A stretch of DNA of 64,000 nt from Verrucomicrobiota bacterium (GTDB lineage Bacteria; Verrucomicrobiota; Verrucomicrobiia; Opitutales; Coraliomargaritaceae). The notes under the pieces were generated by a model that was given only the letters and a program-made list of their open reading frames with translations, was not told where the DNA came from and searched no databases. The stretch is from NCBI GenBank assembly GCA_009908325.1, contig JAAAPI010000101.1:17117-81116 (forward strand), in the 5' to 3' direction. Below are positions 51,001-59,620 of this stretch, in pieces; position 1 is the first letter of the stretch, and each line of letters begins with the position of its first letter. Position numbers and translations under genes: made by a program.

Positions 51001-51414
51001 ATGAAAACCCGAGTCCTCAAGCAGTGCCTGATCATTCTGGCTCTCAGTATGACAGGAGCGGCCTACTCGCTGGTCAGTGGGATTTCACCCCTGCCATGGG
51101 CGGAGCCGGAGCTTGGGCCGGGTGAGATCCGGGTTGCCGATGCCCGGGTGATGGAGGCCATTTGGATCGACACGCGCCCAATCAAGGAATACGAGAATGA
51201 ACATATTCCGGGAGCGCTTTTTTTTGATGAGGGAGCCTGGGACGCCAGTCTGGTTGATTTGATGGACGTCTGGCTGACGGAGCCACGACCGATCATCGTT
51301 TACTGCGGCAGCGAGAGCTGCGGTACAAGCCGCCGAATCGCTGAGCGCCTAAGGAAGGCCCTGCCGGACGCCGAAATCTATAGTTTGAAGGGGGGCTGGG
51401 ACGCATGGCAGTAG
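51001..51414 (+). CDS. rhodanese-like domain protein
   Basis: WIDTR....Y...HIPGA, VYCGSESC, LKGGWDAW. Confidence 0.85.
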   Translation: MKTRVLKQCLIILALSMTGAAYSLVSGISPLPWAEPELGPGEIRVADARVMEAIWIDTRPIKEYENEHIPGALFFDEGAWDASLVDLMDVWLTEPRPIIVYCGSESCGTSRRIAERLRKALPDAEIYSLKGGWDAWQ

Positions 51415-51878
51415 TCGATACCAAAGCTTACCTCATCCTGATTGCCCGCCTGGTCCTCTCGGCGGCCTTCATTCTGGCGGCTCTGCCGAAGATTCAGGAC
51501 CCGGTGACCTTCGCAACTTCAGTGGACGGTTTTCGCGTGGTCAGTGGTGAGCTCACTGGGTGGGTCGCGCTGTTACTGCCCTGGGTTGAACTCATCATCG
51601 GCCTGGGTTTGCTCGTCCCCCAACTTCGGCTTGGCAGTGGCTTTATTATCGGCGTTCTGCTGGTCGCTTTCATGGGCTTGCATGTGAGCGCCTGGTTACG
51701 GGGGCTCGACATAAACTGCGGCTGCTTCGGACCGGAAACCGCCGATACCGCACCGAATTACTTCTGGCTGATTGGTCGTAATTTCGCGCTTTTATTCGCG
51801 ACGATCCTCGTGTTCCGCCGGGATCTGCGGAACATGCCGCCCATTCGTCCGACTAATGAAGTCGCGGGAGCACCCTGA
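51405..51878 (+). CDS. MauE/DoxX family membrane protein
   Basis: KI.DP..F, LPWVE, GLDINCGCFG. Confidence 0.85.
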   Translation: MAVVDTKAYLILIARLVLSAAFILAALPKIQDPVTFATSVDGFRVVSGELTGWVALLLPWVELIIGLGLLVPQLRLGSGFIIGVLLVAFMGLHVSAWLRGLDINCGCFGPETADTAPNYFWLIGRNFALLFATILVFRRDLRNMPPIRPTNEVAGAP

Positions 51879-51928
51879 AACCCGCCGCCCTGCCCCCCCA
51901 CCTTACCTTGAAAACCCTCCATTCCACT

Positions 51929-52588
51929 ATGAAAACATCTCTCCTCTTCTTTTTCTGCTTAAGCTCAACGGTTTTCGCCGCCTCGGAATTGTCGTGGGAT
52001 ACGACTGAGGTGAAAATTGAAATGGAGCCCGATCAAACCGAAGCCCGGGCGACCTTTACCGTAACCAATGAGGGCGACGAAGCTGTTCGCATTGCCCGAA
52101 TCAAAACGAGCTGCGGATGCACGGGCTCTGTCGTCGACCGAAAAATCATCGAACCCGGAAAATCCTCCGAAATCGTCGGCGTCTTCAACAAGGGTAAGCG
52201 CAAGGGGCTTAACCGAAATCGTCTACATGTCTATCTCGACAGCCAGCCGCAGCCGGTCGCCACGCTACTCATGACTGTGCAGATACCGACTTTGATCGAA
52301 GCGACGCCCCAAATTGTCTACTGGAACAGCCAAAGCTCGAAGACGCCACGCAAAGTTCGCCTGGCAATTGATGAACGCTTCGTTAATGAAATTGTCGGGA
52401 TCGACTATGACCGCAATCGCCTGACCGTCACCGAAGAAGACGGAAAGGCGAATGGCGAAACAACTCGCATCCTCGTAGTTGAGCCGAAGACATACGACGA
52501 AATGTATCGCGGCACGATCACCGTTCGCGGGATCGGTCCCGGTGGTCGCAAGGCCGACACTCGCCTGCATGCCTTTGTGCAGCCCTGA
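51929..52588 (+). CDS. DUF1573-like exported protein
   Basis: Signal peptide, F..TN.G...V.I..IKTSCGCT......IEPG. Confidence 0.8.
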   Translation: MKTSLLFFFCLSSTVFAASELSWDTTEVKIEMEPDQTEARATFTVTNEGDEAVRIARIKTSCGCTGSVVDRKIIEPGKSSEIVGVFNKGKRKGLNRNRLHVYLDSQPQPVATLLMTVQIPTLIEATPQIVYWNSQSSKTPRKVRLAIDERFVNEIVGIDYDRNRLTVTEEDGKANGETTRILVVEPKTYDEMYRGTITVRGIGPGGRKADTRLHAFVQP

Positions 52589-52612
52589 CTGCTAAAGGAT
52601 CAAAAGGCCAAC

Positions 52613-55186
52613 CTACATCGAATCGAGATCCACCATGATTTCGCGCGGGCTGGAGCCGTTTTCGGGGCCCACGATGCCGCGTTCTTCCAGCTCCTCCATG
52701 AGGCGCGCCGCGCGATTGTAGCCGATGCGCAGACGTCGCTGCAGCATTGAAGTCGAGGCGCGCTTAGTCGAGCGCAGCACGTCGAGTGCGTCGGGTAGCA
52801 TCTCGTCACCATCGGTCGGCCCACCGTCATCGCCGCCACCATCCTCCCCGCCGGCGTCGATTTGCTTCTGCACGTCTTCCGCAAATTGGGGCGGATCGTT
52901 CTTTTCCTTCAAAAACTCGACAATGGCGTTAATCTCCTCGTCCGAGACGAAGGCACCTTGAGCCCGCACCAGATTGGACGTCCCGGGTGGGATGAAGAGC
53001 ATATCGCCCTTCCCAATCAATGCCTCCGCACCGCCCCCATCAAGAATTGTGCGGCTATCGATTTTCGAGGCGACCTTGAAAGATATCCGGCTGGGCAGGT
53101 TGGCCTTGATCACACCGGTGATCACGTTGACCGAAGGACGCTGGGTGGCGAGGATGAGGTGGATCCCGGCCGCCCGAGCAAGCTGGGCGATGCGGGCAAT
53201 GCAGGTTTCGATGTCGGCTGGAGCGACCATCATGAGGTCGGCCAGTTCGTCAATAACGCAGACGATGTAGGGCAGCTTTTTGCGCGGCACTTCAAATGCA
53301 TCGTCGTCGCGGGGCACCTCCGTTTGCTGCAGCGCGGCGCGTTCCTCCGCGCTCATGTCGGCATCCATGGCCTCGGCCTTGGCTTGCTCTTCCTTGTCCT
53401 TGGCGATCTTCGCATTGAATCCAGCGATGTTACGGACGTTCGTCTTGGCAAAAATCTGGTAGCGGTGCTCCATCTCGGCGATGAGCCACTTCAGCGCACC
53501 CGGCACCTTCTTCGGCTCGGTCACCACGGGGATCAGCATGTGGGGTAGCGCGTTATACATCTGCATTTCCACCACCTTGGGGTCGACCATGATGAAGCGT
53601 AGATCCTCTGGACCAGAATGATAGAGGAGCGAGGCGATGATGGCGTTGATACAGACCGTCTTACCAGAACCAGTCGAACCGGCAATGAGCACGTGGGGCA
53701 TTTTGGTCAGATCGGTCACCATCGGTTTCCCGGTCACGTCCTTGCCCAGCACGATAGGGATCTCGGCGTCGGCCTCCGCCCAGGCCTTCGACTCGACGAT
53801 GTCCCGCATGCAGACCGCCTGCGAAATTTTGTTGGGCACCTCAATGCCGACCGTTCCCTTGCCGGGGACAGGGGCCAGTATCCGCACCGACATGGCCTTG
53901 AGCCCGAGTGCGATGTTCTTGTCGAGATTGACGATCTTTTCGACACGCACGCCGGGAGCAGGCGTCACTTCGTAGCGCGTGATGACCGGGCCAGTGTGAA
54001 TCTCTCCGGGGATCACTTTGACACTGAACTCGTCGAGCGTGCGGACAAGGGCCTGCATGGTGCCCGCGTGATCCTCGGGCGAGAGGTTCGCCGTGTCAGG
54101 CGCTTCCGCCAGTAAGTTGAGCGGGGGAAACACGTAGTCGCCACGCCGCTCGGGAATGGCGGCGACGGCTTTTTCGGTTTTCTCGCCGGAGATGATGGTG
54201 ATCGCGGCCGGATCGAGTGCCGGTTTCTTTTTTTCGGATTCCACCTCGGGTTCCTGCTTAAACGGCTTGGGCGTCGGCTTTTTCTTGGGCTTTTCCGGGG
54301 TTTTGCCAGTTGCGGGCGAATAGGGTGCGCTCGGCACCCGACTGAGAAGTGAAGGTCGTCGCCCATCTGCAGGTTGCCACTCGTCGGCGGCGGCTACGTC
54401 TGTATCCACTGCAACCGGTTCCGGCTTCTTCGCCTCCTTATCGGTTTTTCGCGCGGCGCGCGCGGCCTTGGCTTCGGCTTTAGCCTCCGCTTTTTCCCTC
54501 AGGGCCGCTTCCTTTGCCGCCCGTTTGGCTTCAGCACGCTCAACTTTGCGAGCTTTGCGCTGCTCTTTCGACTCGGCCCGGTTGGCGAGAAAACTGTGAT
54601 AGCGGCCCTGTAAATATTCGAAAAAACGTCCCAAATTGTTGGTGAACACCAGAATGGATCCAATGATGAACCCCATGAGCATGATGAGGAACGATCCGAA
54701 GCGACCAATTGGGGTAAAAAGCACTTTTTGATAAAGCACTTCTCCGACAACGCCTCCCAGGTTATTCGAAATTTGATTTTCAAAGATACTACCGACCCCG
54801 TCAGCATTCGGATAGAGCCACTCAACCAGACCTGCTGCAAACAGGATCGCTGCGAGTGAAGCAAGCGAAGCGACCAGGCGTTTACCTCGGGTTTGTTGGA
54901 TGAATAAGCGGAACGCCATCCAAAGCAAAAACAAGGGAACTAAAAAAACTGTAATCCCAAGAAAATGAAAGCCGTGAAAACCAATCCAGCTACCAATATA
55001 GCCGACAGCATTAATATCCGAAGGGGGCGTCACGTTATACTGACCCGAATTGTAATCAAAGACTGACACGGCCACGAGTGCAGCTAGAGTAAGCACCAGC
55101 AAGGCCCAGACCGGGCGCGAGCGGGCCATTCGCGGCTGGGACACCACTTTCTTCGGAGCGACTTTCTTTTTTTGTTTGCGGGCCAT
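52613..55186 (-). CDS. ftsK: DNA translocase FtsK
   Basis: N-terminal TMs, GPVITRYE, HVLIAGSTGSGKT, IDELADLM, ATQRPSV, gamma domain STSMLQRRLRIGYNRAAR. Confidence 0.96.
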   Translation of the reverse strand: MARKQKKKVAPKKVVSQPRMARSRPVWALLVLTLAALVAVSVFDYNSGQYNVTPPSDINAVGYIGSWIGFHGFHFLGITVFLVPLFLLWMAFRLFIQQTRGKRLVASLASLAAILFAAGLVEWLYPNADGVGSIFENQISNNLGGVVGEVLYQKVLFTPIGRFGSFLIMLMGFIIGSILVFTNNLGRFFEYLQGRYHSFLANRAESKEQRKARKVERAEAKRAAKEAALREKAEAKAEAKAARAARKTDKEAKKPEPVAVDTDVAAADEWQPADGRRPSLLSRVPSAPYSPATGKTPEKPKKKPTPKPFKQEPEVESEKKKPALDPAAITIISGEKTEKAVAAIPERRGDYVFPPLNLLAEAPDTANLSPEDHAGTMQALVRTLDEFSVKVIPGEIHTGPVITRYEVTPAPGVRVEKIVNLDKNIALGLKAMSVRILAPVPGKGTVGIEVPNKISQAVCMRDIVESKAWAEADAEIPIVLGKDVTGKPMVTDLTKMPHVLIAGSTGSGKTVCINAIIASLLYHSGPEDLRFIMVDPKVVEMQMYNALPHMLIPVVTEPKKVPGALKWLIAEMEHRYQIFAKTNVRNIAGFNAKIAKDKEEQAKAEAMDADMSAEERAALQQTEVPRDDDAFEVPRKKLPYIVCVIDELADLMMVAPADIETCIARIAQLARAAGIHLILATQRPSVNVITGVIKANLPSRISFKVASKIDSRTILDGGGAEALIGKGDMLFIPPGTSNLVRAQGAFVSDEEINAIVEFLKEKNDPPQFAEDVQKQIDAGGEDGGGDDGGPTDGDEMLPDALDVLRSTKRASTSMLQRRLRIGYNRAARLMEELEERGIVGPENGSSPREIMVDLDSM

Positions 55187-55272
55187 GAGCTCGAAACAAA
55201 TTAAGCGCGGCCAGTTGAATAACAAGGCTCGATTGAGAGCACTTTCGATGTGAAGTGTGATAAATTAGGCCT

Positions 55273-55326
55273 GGCAGCCATTTAAAGGAAGTGGCTTACG
55301 TATGTCCGCTCCTTTAGGGGCGGAAC
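55273..55326. repeat. REP/REPIN family C copy 3 (inverted)
   Basis: Reverse complement reads GTTCCGCCCCTAAAGGAGCGGACATACGTAAGCCACTTCCTTTAAATGGC. Confidence 0.7.
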
Positions 55327-55400
55327 AAGTAAAGCGCACACCGACAGGCAGACGGCAATATGCACTCCAAATCGCCGCTATCACCGAGCGGACCGCAGAC

Positions 55401-55430
55401 AAAAAAAGCCTGAGTCGGCGACTCTAGGCT
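55401..55430 (-). terminator. terminator of slyD
   Basis: AGCCT-GAGTC/GACTC-TAGGCT stem with an A7 run. Confidence 0.7.
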
Positions 55431-55467
55431 CTTTCGAAAAAATTAGGGTGATAGGGCTTCGGATCGC

Positions 55468-55992
55468 TCAGGAGCAACCGCAGCTGCCGCCTTCCTTACC
55501 TTCTTCACCGCCGCCACAACAGCCGCTTTCCTGGTGCACATGCCCATGGGAAATTTCTTCTTCAGTTGCGGCGCGCACGTCTTGCACCGTGACGTCGAAA
55601 TTCAGGTGCTTGCCAGCCAGAGGATGATTCCCATCGACGGTAACGTTGTCGTCTTCGACTTTGACTACCCGCACTGAAATGGGTCCCTGATCCGTGCTGG
55701 CTTGAAACTGCATGCCTTCCTCAAGCGACTCAACACCTTGAAAACGGTCGCGGGGGACGACCTGCTCGAGCGCAGGATTCGGCTCGCCGTAGCCGTCTTC
55801 CGGCGCAACCCTGACCTCCACCTTATCGCCAGCGGCCTTACCCTTGAGCGCAGATTCCAAGCCGGGGATGATATTTTTGTGACCGTGCAGATAGGCCAGC
55901 GGCTGGCCGGGCTGGGATTGGTCGATGAGTGTTCCTTCGTCGTCCTTGAGCGCGTAGTCCATGGCGACAACTGTTCCGTCTTCGATTTGCAT
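55468..55992 (-). CDS. slyD: SlyD-type FKBP peptidyl-prolyl isomerase
   Basis: YLHG..NIIPGLE, PEDGYG, DGNHPLAG, RAATEEEISHGHVH and a Cys-rich tail. Confidence 0.94.
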   Translation of the reverse strand: MQIEDGTVVAMDYALKDDEGTLIDQSQPGQPLAYLHGHKNIIPGLESALKGKAAGDKVEVRVAPEDGYGEPNPALEQVVPRDRFQGVESLEEGMQFQASTDQGPISVRVVKVEDDNVTVDGNHPLAGKHLNFDVTVQDVRAATEEEISHGHVHQESGCCGGGEEGKEGGSCGCS

Positions 55993-56174
55993 AATTACTT
56001 GATTTTTGTGATTTCTAGTCTTTGCGAGGAGTCACGTTCGGGATAAATCCGCCCAGCGTCAAAAAAGAAAGCGATTTATTTGGGCGCCCCGCCCGTGCGC
56101 CAGAGGGCTCGGAAACTCACTTGACCCCCGCCGCAAAAAGAAGGTTCTTGGGAGAACACGTTTTCCACCGGCTT

Positions 56175-58967
56175 ATGCCCATCCAAAATATACCAGCCTT
56201 CCGCCGACTCCACCAACACGCGCAAAAACGTCTGGTGTTTGACCCGGGTGTGTCCCGCAATAAGCAACTCCCGGCCTATAAGCGCTACATGGAGCTGGAG
56301 AGTGTCATGCTGGAGCGCATGCACCGAAAAGGGGAATCCGGTCGCAAAGTTTGTCAGGCCCGGGCCGCCATGACGGACGTCATTATCGAAAACCTCTTCC
56401 TGGCAGCACTCGATCTCTACGCCACCGAGCATGGCCCGCTCCCCTGCAAAATGGCTGTCCTCGCCACGGGAGGTTACGGGCGGCGCGAGCTCAACCCGCA
56501 CAGCGATATCGATATCATGTTTCTCTACCCCCAAAAAGCGGGCGGTAAGGATTTCGTCAAATTTCAAGAGCTGCTGGCTGAGGAGATTCTCTACCCACTC
56601 TGGGACCTGGGGCTCAAGATCGGCCATGCTTCGCGAAATGCCCGTGAAGTCATCGAAGAATGCCGAAAAGAGATCCAGTCAAAAAACGCCATTCTCGAAT
56701 CGCGTATCATCTGCGGCTCGGACCCCCTCTACAAAAGCATGCGCGCCCAGTTTGCCGACTTTTGCGAAAAAGAAAACTCCCACGCTTACATTCAGCAGCG
56801 ACTGGAGGATGAACAGTCGCGACACGCAAAATCGGGCGATACCGTTTACCTGCAGGAACCCGACATAAAAAACGGAGTCGGCGGACTGCGTGACTATCAA
56901 AACATCTTGTGGATGGCCTACATCAAATACGGCTACCACTCGTTTCGCGATTTGGTGAAGGCAAAACTGCTCCGCGACGATGAACGGACCGATCTGGTCG
57001 AGGCCTACGACCTTTTGCTCCGCACCCGCACAGAACTACACCTCCAGAACCGCCGCCCCACCGATAAGCTCGATCTGGAGCAGCAGCCGGTTATCGCGCA
57101 ATACCTCGGCTATGAACATGAAGATATCTTTGCCCGCGTCGAAGCCTTCATGAAGGACTACTACAAGGCCGCGCGAACGATCTACCGGACCAGTGAAATG
57201 CTCAAAGAGCGCATGGCCATCGAGGCCACTCCCGGCCAAAACGCCCGAATCTCCTTCCGCGAGGCCTTGCGTGCTTACCAGCATCTGCCAATCAAACGCA
57301 TGGACGGCTTTCAGCTTTACCAAAAGGTGTTTTCGGCCGACTCACCGAACGTTTTCAAAGAGGATCCGCTCAGACTCATCCGTATCTTTCGGCTGGCACA
57401 GCAGTTTGGCGCCCGGATCGACTCAGACCTGCGGTTCCTTATCTCCCGGTCCATCCTCCTGATCGACCACACGATTATCAACAGCGCGTCCGCTGCGAAA
57501 AGTTTCTGCGCCATCCTGCGCAGCCCCGGCGAAGTCTATCCCACCCTCGTCCTCATGCATGAGCTCGGCGTCCTCGGCCGTTACCTGCCGGAATTCGGCG
57601 AGCTCACTTGCATGGTGCAGCACGAGTATTATCACCGCTACACTGCGGATGCCCACGTGCTCCGGACCATCCGGCACCTCGACCGCGTCTTCACGAAACA
57701 CGACGAAGAATACGCCCGCTACGAAAAAGAGCTCCGTAAAAACGACGACCCCCTGCTTCTCTACCTCATACTCCTGCTCCACGATATCGGAAAAGCCGAG
57801 GGCGTCCGGGGGCACGACTTGAGCGGAGAACGTCTTGCCAAGCCCGTTCTTGATCGATTCGGCATCGGCCAGGAGCAACGCGCACAAATTTTATTTATTA
57901 TACGCAGCCATCTCGAAATGGCACGATTCTGGCAACGCTTTGACTTAGACGATCCTCAAACAGCGGCTTCCTTCGCCGAATTCATCGAAGACCCGCAAAA
58001 ACTCAGATTTCTTTACGTACACACCTATTGCGATGCCCGCGGAACTGCCCCAACTCTCTGGAATAGCTACAAAGACGCCATGCACCGCACGCTCTACGTT
58101 CGGACATTCGAGCAGTTCGAGGATGACGACATCATTGAACAAAAGCGAAAGGAACACATCAGCATGTTGCACCAGGAGTTAGTGGAGAGAGAGATCGAAG
58201 GCATCCCCGGCGAGGAAATCGAGGCGCACTTCAGTCTGCTCCCTGAGCGCTATTTCATCAATACCGAGCGGGCGGACATTGAGCTGCACTTGCGCATGGT
58301 CAACCAACTGCTGACCCAAATCCAGAGCGCCGACTCCATGGCTTCGCTGGCCCCCATCGTCAACTGGCACAACGACGTCGACCTCAACATGACCGTCGTC
58401 AACGTCGTCACCTGGGACCGGGCGGGGCTCTTCTACAAGCTCGCTGGAGCCCTCACTTTGGCAGGGGTCAACATTGTCAGCACAAAAGCGATTTCCCGGA
58501 AAGACCACATCACCATTGATACCTTTTACGTGATGGATCCGGAAGGCGGCGTCGTCACCAGCAAAAACGCCCGCGAAATCTTCCAATCCAAGCTTGACGA
58601 GGCACTCATCGAAGACCGTGAACTGATGCCTGAAATCGCCGAACTCGAAACCAAATTCGCTCAATCGAAGAAGAAGGCGAAAGACATGCTGCCCGCCCCG
58701 TTCCCGCCCAGTGTCGACGTTTATCACGAACTGTCCCTGAAACAGACCATCATCGAGGTGCAAGCAAGCGACCGAATCGGCCTGCTCTATCAACTCTCCA
58801 GGCTCATCACGAAAAAGGGCTTCGATATAGCCTTCGCCCGCGTCGCCACCGAGCGCGGCGTCGCCATGGATACGTTTTATATTAAGAACGTAAAGAGCAA
58901 CGACGCCACCGATACCACCGCGCTCCTCAAGCTCCGCGAAGAACTGGATCTTATCGTGAAGGAGTAG
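56175..58967 (+). CDS. glnD: [protein-PII] uridylyltransferase
   Basis: GGYGRRELNPHSDID, EPDIKNGVGGLRD, YHRYTAD.H, LLHDIGK, two ACT domains (DRAGL, DRIGLL). Confidence 0.95.
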   Translation: MPIQNIPAFRRLHQHAQKRLVFDPGVSRNKQLPAYKRYMELESVMLERMHRKGESGRKVCQARAAMTDVIIENLFLAALDLYATEHGPLPCKMAVLATGGYGRRELNPHSDIDIMFLYPQKAGGKDFVKFQELLAEEILYPLWDLGLKIGHASRNAREVIEECRKEIQSKNAILESRIICGSDPLYKSMRAQFADFCEKENSHAYIQQRLEDEQSRHAKSGDTVYLQEPDIKNGVGGLRDYQNILWMAYIKYGYHSFRDLVKAKLLRDDERTDLVEAYDLLLRTRTELHLQNRRPTDKLDLEQQPVIAQYLGYEHEDIFARVEAFMKDYYKAARTIYRTSEMLKERMAIEATPGQNARISFREALRAYQHLPIKRMDGFQLYQKVFSADSPNVFKEDPLRLIRIFRLAQQFGARIDSDLRFLISRSILLIDHTIINSASAAKSFCAILRSPGEVYPTLVLMHELGVLGRYLPEFGELTCMVQHEYYHRYTADAHVLRTIRHLDRVFTKHDEEYARYEKELRKNDDPLLLYLILLLHDIGKAEGVRGHDLSGERLAKPVLDRFGIGQEQRAQILFIIRSHLEMARFWQRFDLDDPQTAASFAEFIEDPQKLRFLYVHTYCDARGTAPTLWNSYKDAMHRTLYVRTFEQFEDDDIIEQKRKEHISMLHQELVEREIEGIPGEEIEAHFSLLPERYFINTERADIELHLRMVNQLLTQIQSADSMASLAPIVNWHNDVDLNMTVVNVVTWDRAGLFYKLAGALTLAGVNIVSTKAISRKDHITIDTFYVMDPEGGVVTSKNAREIFQSKLDEALIEDRELMPEIAELETKFAQSKKKAKDMLPAPFPPSVDVYHELSLKQTIIEVQASDRIGLLYQLSRLITKKGFDIAFARVATERGVAMDTFYIKNVKSNDATDTTALLKLREELDLIVKE

Positions 58968-58990
58968 GAGCTTCACTTGTGAAGACCGCG
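58964..58990 (+). repeat. REP family A copy supplying the glnD stop codon
   Basis: GTAGGAGCTTCACTTGTGAAGACCGCG; the TAG of the GTAG tag is the glnD stop (58965-58967). Confidence 0.85.
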
Positions 58991-59045
58991 TCAGTCAGGT
59001 TGCCACGGCGTTCGATTAGGTCTCACTTCTCCTCAAGCATGCGAC

Positions 59046-59620
59046 CTAATCGGGAGGGTTTTCCTCAGAGCGTAGATCCTCTTCGATCAGCCTTCGGATA
59101 TCCATCGGCTTGCGGACCCACACTTCAGGCGGCGCACCACTGCCGTCCAAATACTGCAGAAATTCGGGCCGGTATTCGCGACTGATATTCCAATGAGGCC
59201 AGACCTCCTGGCACGGCAATAGCGACTTTCGATAGGGGTTCAGAAAGGTATATTTCGCAAAGCCCTCCATCGCATCATTCGCACGCAGCCGATGATCGTA
59301 AAAATCCCGCTGCCAACTCAAGCCCGACACAAGCAAGGAGTTCTTCGTCTTTGCTTTGAACTTAACAATGCACTGCCCCACGGAAAGGCGCGCCCCCAAG
59401 GTGACTAGGAAGTGAACATGATCCGGCATTGAGGTTCCGCAGTGAAAGGTATAATCCCCATCCAAGTGCTGAAGCCGCCAAACATCCAACACAGATTCAG
59501 CCACCTCCGCACGCGTCAAAGCGGTTTTCCGGTCCTTCGTGCAAATCGTAATAAAATAACGCGCCCCCGGAATAGAGATGCGCCCCTTGCGCAAATTCTG
59601 CGTTTTCCGTTCCAGAAGCC
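59046..59620 (-). mobile_element. RAYT / TnpA(REP) Y1 transposase domain
   Basis: HUH motif MPDHVH, WQ..F.DH.LR, catalytic Y in YTFLNP; family A REPs on both sides. Confidence 0.9.
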